The notes under the pieces: model-generated
Databases searched by the model: none
What the model was told of the DNA's origin: nothing
The model's input: the letters and a program-made list of their open reading frames with translations, nothing else
Shown here: positions 56,285 to 64,000 of the stretch, one piece after another
How the letters are laid out: every line of letters begins with the position of its first letter
How positions within the stretch are numbered: the stretch's first letter is position 1
Position numbers and translations under genes: made by a program
Source of the DNA: a virus
Virus record (IMG/VR): IMGVR_UViG_3300022602_000078
Coordinates: 5,652 to 69,651 of that record
Length of the DNA: 64,000 bases
Reading direction: 5' to 3' (one strand)

Positions 56285-57103
56285 ATGTCATATACTCTAT
56301 TAAACAACGATGGATCGGTTCTAGCAATATTAGCAGATAATACCATTGACCGACAATCCACTAGCCTTACATTAGTTGGAAGGAATTGGATTGGATATGG
56401 ACAGTATTTAAATCAGAATTTTATTAATATATTAGGAAATTATTCCAATGCTAATCCACCATCTACTCCATTAAAAGGACAATTATGGTATGATTCTGTT
56501 GGAAAAAGATTGAATATTTACGACACAGATTTTAAACCAATTAATGGTGCTATTATATCGGCAACACGACCTGTGGATTTAAGTAATGGGGATTTATGGT
56601 GGAATTCTAATAGCGATGAATTAAACATATTATCAAATAATATCTTATATACTGCGGGCGGATGGAATATTAGTTCTGATACAGTAATATATGATGTAAC
56701 TAATTCATTTCAATTGCCTGCCACAATAATTGAAAATGATGGAGTAATCCTAGGATATTATAGTAATGTCGCATCCTCAATCGGTACATTAAACACTACA
56801 TCTGTTTATATAAGTGCCATTACTCCATCTGCAGTTCAAGGTTTAAATATTTTAGGAGATATACAGGCTTCAGGAGTTGTTTATAGTAATAACTCATTTG
56901 TAAATAATTCAATTACAGCAACTAATGTAACAGTAACAGGTAATATAATACTACAAGGTTCACCCCCCAGTACCCCATCGAGCCCCGGCACTGTAGGGCA
57001 AATCGCTTACGGTTCTACAGGAACTAATTTTAACTATCTGTTTGTTTGTACAGCTACTAACGCATGGGCGCGTATACAAATAACAGATACCGGCCCATGG
57101 TAA
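56285..57103 (+). CDS. Short tail fibre-like protein
   Basis: N-terminal ~110 aa paralogous to the next gene (TSLTLVGRN..GYG...NQNF...GQLW). Confidence 0.65.
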   Translation: MSYTLLNNDGSVLAILADNTIDRQSTSLTLVGRNWIGYGQYLNQNFINILGNYSNANPPSTPLKGQLWYDSVGKRLNIYDTDFKPINGAIISATRPVDLSNGDLWWNSNSDELNILSNNILYTAGGWNISSDTVIYDVTNSFQLPATIIENDGVILGYYSNVASSIGTLNTTSVYISAITPSAVQGLNILGDIQASGVVYSNNSFVNNSITATNVTVTGNIILQGSPPSTPSSPGTVGQIAYGSTGTNFNYLFVCTATNAWARIQITDTGPW

Positions 57104-57120
57104 AATAAAAAGATAAAACT

Positions 57121-58335
57121 ATGCCATATACATTAAAACTATCAAATGGAACAGTATTAACTACGGTTAATGATGCTTCTTTAAATATTTCCACAAGTCT
57201 AACATTTGTAGGAAGAAATTATTCTGGATACGGCAGTATAATAGATCAAAACTTTGTTTATCTATTACAAAATTTTGCTAATTCCACTATGCCTACTAAT
57301 TCTATTCAGGGGCAACTTTGGTTTAATACTGGTAATCAACAACTTAACGTTAATTATAATGGTAATGTTATTGGTAATGCTTTTAAAAGTTTAGCTTATC
57401 TTAATACATCTACTACACAACCTGCTAGCTTAAACAATGGCGATTTATGGTGGAATGGATCTCAATTAGCAATTTGTAATGGTATCGATTACACTACTAT
57501 AATCGGACCGCCGGCCAATGCTCAATCATGGGTATTTGATAATTCAAGTTATTGGGATCCAGTTTTATATGATTTAAACACAGATGTTCCGGGGATTACT
57601 CCGATACTTACAATAGCTTCTTCAATTACTACTAGTACAACTAATAATTATAATATTCCTGCATTATTTCCTTCCTCAGGGAATCTTCTTGACACTTTTG
57701 GAAATGGTGGTATAGTACAAGGAATAACTTTAGCAGGATGTGATGAAAATGGATCTAGCCAGCTTGCCGGAAATTATTTCTGGGGAACTGCTGCGGAAGC
57801 ATTATCGGCATATGTTAAAACCACTCCAACCTCTAATAATGGAAGTTTTTATGTACCATTTTTTAGTGATTTATCGGGAAATCAATCGGCTTATACTACT
57901 TCGACTTTTTATTTTAATCCGGCTAATAATGTATTACACGTTACTGCCAGTGCTGCATTATACGCAGATTTAGCAGAAAGATACGAAGCAGATACTGAGT
58001 ATGAAATCGGAACGGTAGTTGTAATTGGGGGTGACAAAGAAATCACAGTTACTACTGTGGTGGGTGACATGGCGGTAGCAGGGGTTATTTCACGTAATCC
58101 TGCTTATATGATGAATGCCGATGCAGGCAACGACCAAACTCACCCATATGTAGCATTAAAAGGTCGTGTAATGTGTAAAGTAAAAGGACCGGTAAAGAAA
58201 GGACAATCTTTAGTTACTAGTACTATTCCTGGATATGCTCAAGCATATTTAGGAACAGAGAATCCTAGATCTATTTTTGCAGTATCATTGCAAGATTTTG
58301 TGGGTGAACAGGGATTAATCGAAGTTAAAATTTAA
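57121..58335 (+). CDS. Tail fibre with C-terminal intramolecular chaperone (peptidase G2/IMC-like)
   Basis: 'YADLAERY...GTVVVIGG...AGVISRNPAYMMN...VALKGRVMCKV...KGQSLVTS'. Confidence 0.75.
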   Translation: MPYTLKLSNGTVLTTVNDASLNISTSLTFVGRNYSGYGSIIDQNFVYLLQNFANSTMPTNSIQGQLWFNTGNQQLNVNYNGNVIGNAFKSLAYLNTSTTQPASLNNGDLWWNGSQLAICNGIDYTTIIGPPANAQSWVFDNSSYWDPVLYDLNTDVPGITPILTIASSITTSTTNNYNIPALFPSSGNLLDTFGNGGIVQGITLAGCDENGSSQLAGNYFWGTAAEALSAYVKTTPTSNNGSFYVPFFSDLSGNQSAYTTSTFYFNPANNVLHVTASAALYADLAERYEADTEYEIGTVVVIGGDKEITVTTVVGDMAVAGVISRNPAYMMNADAGNDQTHPYVALKGRVMCKVKGPVKKGQSLVTSTIPGYAQAYLGTENPRSIFAVSLQDFVGEQGLIEVKI

Positions 58336-59216
58336 ACAGCCATTGGTGCTTTAATAGTAGTATGGCTTTGATAATTTACTAATTCGATATCTTCCATTTC
58401 AAAATCGGTAATAACATTAACTTCAGAATTTAATTTTAATTCTGGAAGTGGGAACATCTCACGAGATAATTGTTCTTTTACTTGGTCAATATGATTATTG
58501 TAAATATGAGCATCCCCAACAGAAATAATTAAATCGGCAACTTCTAAATCACAGACCTGTGCTAACATATGTGTAAACAACGCATATGATGCAATATTGA
58601 ATGGCATTCCTAAAAAGAAATCCGAAGATCTTTGATACATATGACAACTTAATTTACCATTATTAACATAAAATTGTGACATTACATGGCATGGCGGCAA
58701 CGCCATTTGGTCAATTTCTCCAGGATTCCATGCAGTAATAATATGTCTTCGGCTATAAGGATCGTCCTTAATACCTTGCACAAGTGCTAATAGTTGATCA
58801 TGGTTTTGTAATACAACTTTGTTAATACGTATTAAATGTTTACGCCATTTACGCCATTGTACACCATATATACGACCTAAATCCCCTTTATGTCGTTGAT
58901 TATGTTTATTAACCCAATTAGGAGCACGAGCATTATCAGTCCAGATTGTTGTCTTATCTGTATAACGCTCGCCGTGTAGAATTTCTCTTAAACGGAACTC
59001 ATCTCCGCTGCCTTCTAAAAACCAAAGTAATTCACTAACGACGGCTTTCCATGCTAATTTTTTAGTTGTAACAGCAGGAAACCCTTCAGTTAAATCGAAC
59101 CGCAATTGAAGACCAAAGATACTACGAGTACCAGTACCTGTTCTATCAGGACGATCCTCGCCATTTTCTAAGATATCTTTTAATGCATTAAGATAAACTT
59201 GTTCCGAATAGCTCAT
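58332..59216 (-). CDS. thyA: Thymidylate synthase
   Basis: 'DRTGTGT', 'ELLWFLEG', 'SRRHIITAWNP', 'MALPPCH', 'YQRSSDFFLGMPFNIASY', 'GDAHIYNNH'. Confidence 0.97.
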   Translation of the reverse strand: MSYSEQVYLNALKDILENGEDRPDRTGTGTRSIFGLQLRFDLTEGFPAVTTKKLAWKAVVSELLWFLEGSGDEFRLREILHGERYTDKTTIWTDNARAPNWVNKHNQRHKGDLGRIYGVQWRKWRKHLIRINKVVLQNHDQLLALVQGIKDDPYSRRHIITAWNPGEIDQMALPPCHVMSQFYVNNGKLSCHMYQRSSDFFLGMPFNIASYALFTHMLAQVCDLEVADLIISVGDAHIYNNHIDQVKEQLSREMFPLPELKLNSEVNVITDFEMEDIELVNYQSHTTIKAPMAV

Positions 59217-59860
59217 TCAACTTCTTCAGTAGCAGTCTTTTTAGAAGTTCTCTTTTTAGGAGGATCAATTAGATCTGCTTGTTTACGAAGCTGTTGTGCT
59301 TGTTTAAACAATGAATCGGCACGTGAACGTAATTCCGTAGGAGTTAACTCAATGGTAGATGCGGTTTTGGTAGTTACGGGAGTAGAATCTTCTCCCGCAT
59401 TTACACTAGAACTAGTAGTCTTAGTAGGGTCATCTATTACACTAGTATCTGCCCTAGGCTTAGGACTAGTATCGTCTTGTATTGCTAATTCATCTAATGC
59501 AACACCTCTTTGTTCAGCAATAATCATATTCAATTGATCTAATGAAATATCTTCTGACGAACGAGTGGTTGGAGTCATGAGAATGCCTGCCGTGGGAACT
59601 TTTTTCAGTTGCCCACGGTTATGCAGCCATTGAAGCATATTGTTGCCATCAGGAAATTTTCTTACAGCTAGTATTTCAGCAAGTTCATTAGCCTGTTGTC
59701 CTTCAACACTTTCAACTAATTCCATTAACGTATCATGATAAGACTGACCAAGACTGCCAGTTCCTACAACTAATGCGTGACCCGAATCACCTGGAATAGT
59801 ACGATAAGCTACAACGATTCTTGCCCCGTTGTTTTTCATTTTTCCTATATGCTTCATCAT
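59213..59860 (-). CDS. Hypothetical phage protein
   Basis: Start revised to MMKHIGKMKNNG (59860), preceded by SD AGGAG. Confidence 0.75.
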   Translation of the reverse strand: MMKHIGKMKNNGARIVVAYRTIPGDSGHALVVGTGSLGQSYHDTLMELVESVEGQQANELAEILAVRKFPDGNNMLQWLHNRGQLKKVPTAGILMTPTTRSSEDISLDQLNMIIAEQRGVALDELAIQDDTSPKPRADTSVIDDPTKTTSSSVNAGEDSTPVTTKTASTIELTPTELRSRADSLFKQAQQLRKQADLIDPPKKRTSKKTATEEVE

Positions 59861-59873
59861 AAAATTTCTCCTA

Positions 59874-60113
59874 TTATGCTGATGGGGCAGCAGGTGTATT
59901 TGCAGATTGTGCTGCAACAGCACTAGTTAAAAACTTATTGAGACGATCGAATGCAGCACCCACAGTGCTGGCTTCGGCTGCTTGGAAAGCACCGCGACGA
60001 ACTGCTGTATCAACAATAGCAGCAAGATTTTGTAAATCTTGAAGACTTAATTGTACTGGTGCAGTATCTGCATTGCCGGCGGTAACGTCTTGTGTCATGT
60101 TTTGATTATCCAT
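59874..60113 (-). CDS. Hypothetical protein
   Basis: 79 aa, SD AAGGAG, 'LSLQDL...IVD.A.RRGAFQAAE...VG'. Confidence 0.75.
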   Translation of the reverse strand: MDNQNMTQDVTAGNADTAPVQLSLQDLQNLAAIVDTAVRRGAFQAAEASTVGAAFDRLNKFLTSAVAAQSANTPAAPSA

Positions 60114-60114
60114 T

Positions 60115-60408
60115 TTAAAAAATCTCCTTGTTGTGTTTATAAATGTAGGGACATCCTAGCATTAGCATAGTAACCTCCCTAAAATCCTCTATACCTATTT
60201 CAATTACTTCAATCATCTTATTATTATGATCTACCGAATATTGTTTTTTAATCGCATACCTACTATTTAAGTGGTAGTTAACCCAGTGGTCTAATAATTT
60301 GATATCGGTTAACTCTACACTAATTTTGGCAAAATGTTCAGGTATGAACATTAGTTTCCTAAGATTCAATACACTTAACGGATTAACTTCTTTTCGATTC
60401 AATGACAT
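60115..60408 (-). CDS. Hypothetical protein
   Basis: 97 aa; TATAAATA at 60422-60429 upstream. Confidence 0.7.
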   Translation of the reverse strand: MSLNRKEVNPLSVLNLRKLMFIPEHFAKISVELTDIKLLDHWVNYHLNSRYAIKKQYSVDHNNKMIEVIEIGIEDFREVTMLMLGCPYIYKHNKEIF

Positions 60409-60420
60409 TAACTATATACT

Positions 60421-61647
60421 TTATTTATAATAAGCAGTTTGCCCGAATGGAGAAATGATATTTTCGTTCCCATGAATAATGAATAGTGTTTCACAATAAT
60501 TCTCATCTCCCCAAGTATAATTTGGGTATCCATCGGTAAACATGATGAATCTTTTGGGTTGAATATCATTTTCTTTCATGTAATTCCAATTACATTCAAA
60601 CATAGTACCGCCACCACCTGTTAATTCGTAGGTATCTAAATCATCGGTGTTATCGCTGGTAAATTCTGCATAATTATAAATTTCAGTGTCAAAACACCAT
60701 AATTTAAGTTTAAAGTCTTTATATTCTTCCATAAGACCTTTAACTTCGCTAATCATTTCTCGAGCCATCACGTTAGTAATACTACCGCTCATGTCAAAAG
60801 AAACAGCAATATCAATGGTTTCTTCGTTCATCATACCAGGAAGAATAGCCCCACTTTGCTGACTTTTTCGGTTGGGTCGATTAAAACTAAAGTTGCTTTT
60901 AATAATACTTTGGATATTCATTCGAAGCATTTGCCGCCAATTCATTTTTGGTTCGGTATAGTCCTTAATCATGCGAGCGACACCTGCAGGAATTTTATCT
61001 GCACCTGCTGATTGTGCCGCAGCAATCATTGCTTCTTTAATTTCATCTCGAATTTTTTGTTTTTCTTCGGAAGTAAGTTTAGGGCGACCACTATTATCAT
61101 CCTCATTTCCTTCACCATCGAGATGTTCGTCTAATAATTCTCCTAATTTATCAAAATCAATTTTATCGGCTTTTTCATAAAGATCATTATAAATTTGTTC
61201 ATATGACCAACCGCGATATTTGTTATCTTGATAGATTTGAATCCATTCTGGAGATTCACCGATACGTTCATCTTTTAGAATTTGATTAACAGCATAATCG
61301 GCAGCGATATTTGATAATGTTGGATCTCTGTCATTTCGACGACCCATATGATCGAAAATATTATGAAGGACTTCGTGAGCAAATCCAAATTCCGCTTCTT
61401 TGGGTTTAAGTTTATTTACAAAATCGTTATTGTAATAAAATTTACGACCATCTGTAGCTAATGTTGGTAACCAATCAGTAGCATCGACTAGTTCCAATCT
61501 TGTAGCGAGATTTCCAAAAAATGGATGTCGCAACAGTAATCCAATACGAGCAGTAACAAGTTTTTCGATAATCTTATTTTTTTCAGATGTAGTAAAAACT
61601 TGTTTTTCAATAACAACTTTAGTTTTTTTATTTGCAGTATTGGCCAT
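60421..61647 (-). CDS. HEXXH metallopeptidase-like + VWA domain protein (DUF2201-like)
   Basis: 'TLATDG', 'AHEVLH', 'NIAADYAVN'; MIDAS 'DMSGS', 'GGGGT', 'FTDGY'. Confidence 0.88.
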   Translation of the reverse strand: MANTANKKTKVVIEKQVFTTSEKNKIIEKLVTARIGLLLRHPFFGNLATRLELVDATDWLPTLATDGRKFYYNNDFVNKLKPKEAEFGFAHEVLHNIFDHMGRRNDRDPTLSNIAADYAVNQILKDERIGESPEWIQIYQDNKYRGWSYEQIYNDLYEKADKIDFDKLGELLDEHLDGEGNEDDNSGRPKLTSEEKQKIRDEIKEAMIAAAQSAGADKIPAGVARMIKDYTEPKMNWRQMLRMNIQSIIKSNFSFNRPNRKSQQSGAILPGMMNEETIDIAVSFDMSGSITNVMAREMISEVKGLMEEYKDFKLKLWCFDTEIYNYAEFTSDNTDDLDTYELTGGGGTMFECNWNYMKENDIQPKRFIMFTDGYPNYTWGDENYCETLFIIHGNENIISPFGQTAYYK

Positions 61648-61677
61648 ATAAAACCTGTTTTACAATTTATCAACAAT

Positions 61678-61706
61678 AATGTATAAGAAGTTATCTTAAA
61701 TGTCAA
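61678..61706 (-). promoter_or_regulatory. sigma70-type promoter
   Basis: TTGACA-17 nt-TACATT upstream of ATG 61647. Confidence 0.6.
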
Positions 61707-61730
61707 AAATATGTTCTTGCAGGCATATTT

Positions 61731-62810
61731 TTATTCCATAGCAGAAATAATATATTTTCCATATTTTTCGTGGAAACGATCAAAATTCTTTAATTTGCTG
61801 GCATCGAATGGTAATTGATAAGTTGTTAAAGCGGTTTTAGCACCCATAACAACAAGTTCAGTTGGGAAATTATCCATCATAAAACCAAAGAAATAATCCG
61901 CCATTAAATCCCAATTTTTAACCTTGTTTTTATGAGCTGCACAAAGTTCATAACACAAACTGGTAGTCAATGAATACATTGCTGAAATTTCTTTAATTTC
62001 ACTTTTTTTGATAACGCCATTGAGAATTTGTTCTGGTTTAGGCATTTGTTTAGCAACTTTACGATGTGCCATAAACTTAACAGCCAATCCTTCTCCAACC
62101 GAACCTGCAATAAGATTGGTCAATGTATGGTCATCAAGATCATCATCTTTAAGAATATCGCTAACAAAACTCCAGCTACGAGGTGTAGCAAATGCTCGGC
62201 TAGAACTTTTTGGATCAAAATCATATAAATCTTGTTTAGCAAATCCTAGATAGCCTACGACCTGCTCATGAATTGTATTTTTTACAGCCCATTCATGCCA
62301 ATCTTCGAATTCAGTACGCAATTCAAGATGCAAGAACCGATTTTGCAATGGCGCTGGCATACGATAAGTAACACCTTTATCACTTTCTCGATTACCGGCA
62401 GCAACAATGCTAACCCCTTTAGGTAAAATATACGTACCCACTCGACGGTTAAGAATTAACTGATATGCAGCGGCTTGTGTAGCAAGTGCAGCAGAATTAA
62501 GTTCATCGAGGAAAAGAATATCGGTACTATTAGGATCGCTGGGCAATTCGATAGGAGGAGCCCAAACCATGGTATTTAGAGAACCATTGTAATAAGGAAT
62601 ACCTTTAATGTCTGTAGGTTCCCAAAGGCTTAGTCGAATATCTCGAACTGTCCTTGATTGTTCTTCACCGATTTGGTGAACAATCTCTGATTTACCAATT
62701 CCTGGAGGTCCCCATACAAATACTGGCCTCTGAATATTAATACATTTACGAATACTGCGTTTAGCTTCATTCGGTGTACAAGTGCGATTTACGGAAATTT
62801 GCTCGGGCAT
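61731..62810 (-). CDS. MoxR-like AAA+ ATPase
   Basis: Walker A 'GPPGIGKS', Walker B 'LFLDE', 'AAGN', 'PLQNRF', 'TPRSW'. Confidence 0.92.
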   Translation of the reverse strand: MPEQISVNRTCTPNEAKRSIRKCINIQRPVFVWGPPGIGKSEIVHQIGEEQSRTVRDIRLSLWEPTDIKGIPYYNGSLNTMVWAPPIELPSDPNSTDILFLDELNSAALATQAAAYQLILNRRVGTYILPKGVSIVAAGNRESDKGVTYRMPAPLQNRFLHLELRTEFEDWHEWAVKNTIHEQVVGYLGFAKQDLYDFDPKSSSRAFATPRSWSFVSDILKDDDLDDHTLTNLIAGSVGEGLAVKFMAHRKVAKQMPKPEQILNGVIKKSEIKEISAMYSLTTSLCYELCAAHKNKVKNWDLMADYFFGFMMDNFPTELVVMGAKTALTTYQLPFDASKLKNFDRFHEKYGKYIISAME

Positions 62811-62851
62811 ATCATCCTCAAATTTAATGTTAAAGTAGATTTATCTAATTG

Positions 62852-62888
62852 ACTGGTATAGTTTATATTAAATTACCAGTATTGTCAA
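62852..62888 (-). promoter_or_regulatory. sigma70-type promoter with overlapping inverted repeat
   Basis: TTGACA-17 nt-TAAACT; ACTGGTA-N15-TACCAGT brackets the -10 box. Confidence 0.65.
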
Positions 62889-63292
62889 TATGATTTAAGT
62901 AGTGCTACCTTTGTCGATAAAAATCTTTCTACATTTCCTTCAAAAAGAATTAATTGTACTGCCATTTTATCATCGAATATATAAATTTCCGAATTATGCT
63001 TATATTTATACCCTTGTTGACTTATAAACCAAGGACAATTAATATAACGATCTAACCATATAACTAATTGATTACTATAAAAAGTTATTTTATGCTCTAA
63101 TTTTACACAATAAGGTTTTATATTTGCGGTTTTTATTGATTCAAATCCCTCCTCGGTAAGTCGTAGCCCTCCTTGGGATTTGTTTCTAGGATTTTCCCAC
63201 CAACGATATATGAGTTTTTTAATGGATTTAGGATCCGTCTCTAATCCTAGAATTTCGGCTATCTTATTGGTTATTTCAATTTTTGGATTCAT
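62885..63292 (-). CDS. Hypothetical phage protein
   Basis: 135 aa, 'WWENPR...GGLRLTEEGF'; overlaps the upstream gene. Confidence 0.75.
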   Translation of the reverse strand: MNPKIEITNKIAEILGLETDPKSIKKLIYRWWENPRNKSQGGLRLTEEGFESIKTANIKPYCVKLEHKITFYSNQLVIWLDRYINCPWFISQQGYKYKHNSEIYIFDDKMAVQLILFEGNVERFLSTKVALLKSY

Positions 63293-63584
63293 CTAATAGC
63301 TTTTCACCGGTGGTTAATTTAAATACAGAAAATTCATCGGTACTGAATAACTTATTTAATTTTTCAGATAAGTTAAAAGCATGCCCAGCATTGGAAAATG
63401 ATACTTTTTTATATTTTGGACCTAATTGTTGTCCTATTAAACTAGAAATTTTAAGATTAATTGGACGATCTTGATAAAATACCGCCCAAATTGCTTCTGA
63501 TTCTAAAACTTGTTCTGTTTTATATGTTTTTTTACTGGTTGTTTCTAATAACACTTTGGGTTTTGGGCGCGACATGATATACAT
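63276..63584 (-). CDS. Hypothetical phage protein
   Basis: 'MSRPKPKVLL...IWAVFY...PKYKKVSFSNAGHA'; both a sigma70-like promoter (TTGACA 63617-63622, TACTTT 63594-63599) and a late box (63606-63612) lie upstream. Confidence 0.75.
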   Translation of the reverse strand: MYIMSRPKPKVLLETTSKKTYKTEQVLESEAIWAVFYQDRPINLKISSLIGQQLGPKYKKVSFSNAGHAFNLSEKLNKLFSTDEFSVFKLTTGEKLLDESKN

Positions 63585-63623
63585 AATCTCCGTAAAGTAC
63601 GTATATATTTATCAAATGTCAAT

Positions 63624-63845
63624 TTAAAATTTTCCCCCGTCCATGTTAATTGAAATAACACTATTAGCATTATTGGTAACAATATCATCTAATTTCCCAC
63701 TTAACCGTGTCATAACTATACTTAAACTGTTTTGCAAATCTGTAGCATCTTTAATAGATAATACAACATTTTTTTGGTTACTTTTAATAGCAACTCTTAC
63801 GCGATCTAGGAAATCTTCTATAGGTAATGTGTTTAATTGTTTCAT
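63624..63845 (-). CDS. Hypothetical protein
   Basis: 73 aa ending 'MDGGKF'; ATGA overlap with the upstream gene. Confidence 0.7.
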   Translation of the reverse strand: MKQLNTLPIEDFLDRVRVAIKSNQKNVVLSIKDATDLQNSLSIVMTRLSGKLDDIVTNNANSVISINMDGGKF

Positions 63846-64000
63846 ACTTCGTTAAACTTATTTAACAATAGTTTTGATTCTAATTCCGTTTTAACAGGAC
63901 CGTGAAATGTATATCTTTCTAATGTGATCAGTTTTGGACAGAAACTTTTAACCCATCCTTTACGAAATTTAATAACGTAATGCCCTGCACAATACTGACT
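63842..64000 (-). CDS. Hypothetical protein (3' part only)
   Basis: Open frame SQYCAGHYVIKFRKGWVKSFCPKLITLERYTFHGPVKTELE...-TGA entering from the window end. Confidence 0.7.
   Translation of the reverse strand, partial: SQYCAGHYVIKFRKGWVKSFCPKLITLERYTFHGPVKTELESKLLLNKFNEV

Noticed and set aside
58332-59216. Intron in td, or a dCMP hydroxymethylase (modified-base pathway)
   Set aside because: The ORF is continuous, and the dUMP-specifying Asn in 'PFNIASY' plus standard ThyA motifs are intact
59199-59537. Plus-strand 112-aa ORF, and the 59861-59923 N-terminal extension of the minus-strand gene
   Set aside because: The first is an antisense shadow; the extension overlaps the upstream gene, while a clear SD precedes 59860
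1-64000. Stop-codon reassignment
   Set aside because: Very long ORFs (2315 and 4303 aa) and all core genes translate intact in the standard code

Overview
An AT-rich 64 kb segment of a large T4-like myophage genome (Caudoviricetes, T4 supergroup gene content); no cellular genes are evident. Left arm (minus strand): tail-fibre/virion proteins, then the head module gp23-gp22-gp21-core-gp20 (the portal carries a 420-aa HNH-type intein) and a tape-measure-like gene, with a divergent plus-strand tail-chaperone-like pair. Centre (minus): a ~400-nt structured non-coding region, two GIY-YIG genes (one frameshifted), Hc1-like proteins, gp46/gp47 split by a free-standing HNH-like gene, and the gp55 late sigma factor. 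Then a plus-strand baseplate module (gp54/48-like, gp53-like, hub, gp5 with lambda-type lysozyme, gp25, gp6, a 4303-aa protein, fibres). Right end (minus): thyA, a MoxR-like AAA+/VWA-metallopeptidase pair and hypotheticals. T4-type late promoters ((T)ATAAATA) and near-consensus sigma70 promoters are visible. Most notable: (1) seven phycobiliprotein-like C-x-R-D repeats (~170-aa period) in a 2315-aa virion protein; (2) the large structured RNA-like or origin-like element behind a GIY-YIG nuclease and a zinc-finger gene; (3) a candidate programmed -1 frameshift fusing the chaperone pair; (4) structured leaders and leaderless late genes. All calls come from visual motif recognition; no database searches or folding programs were run.
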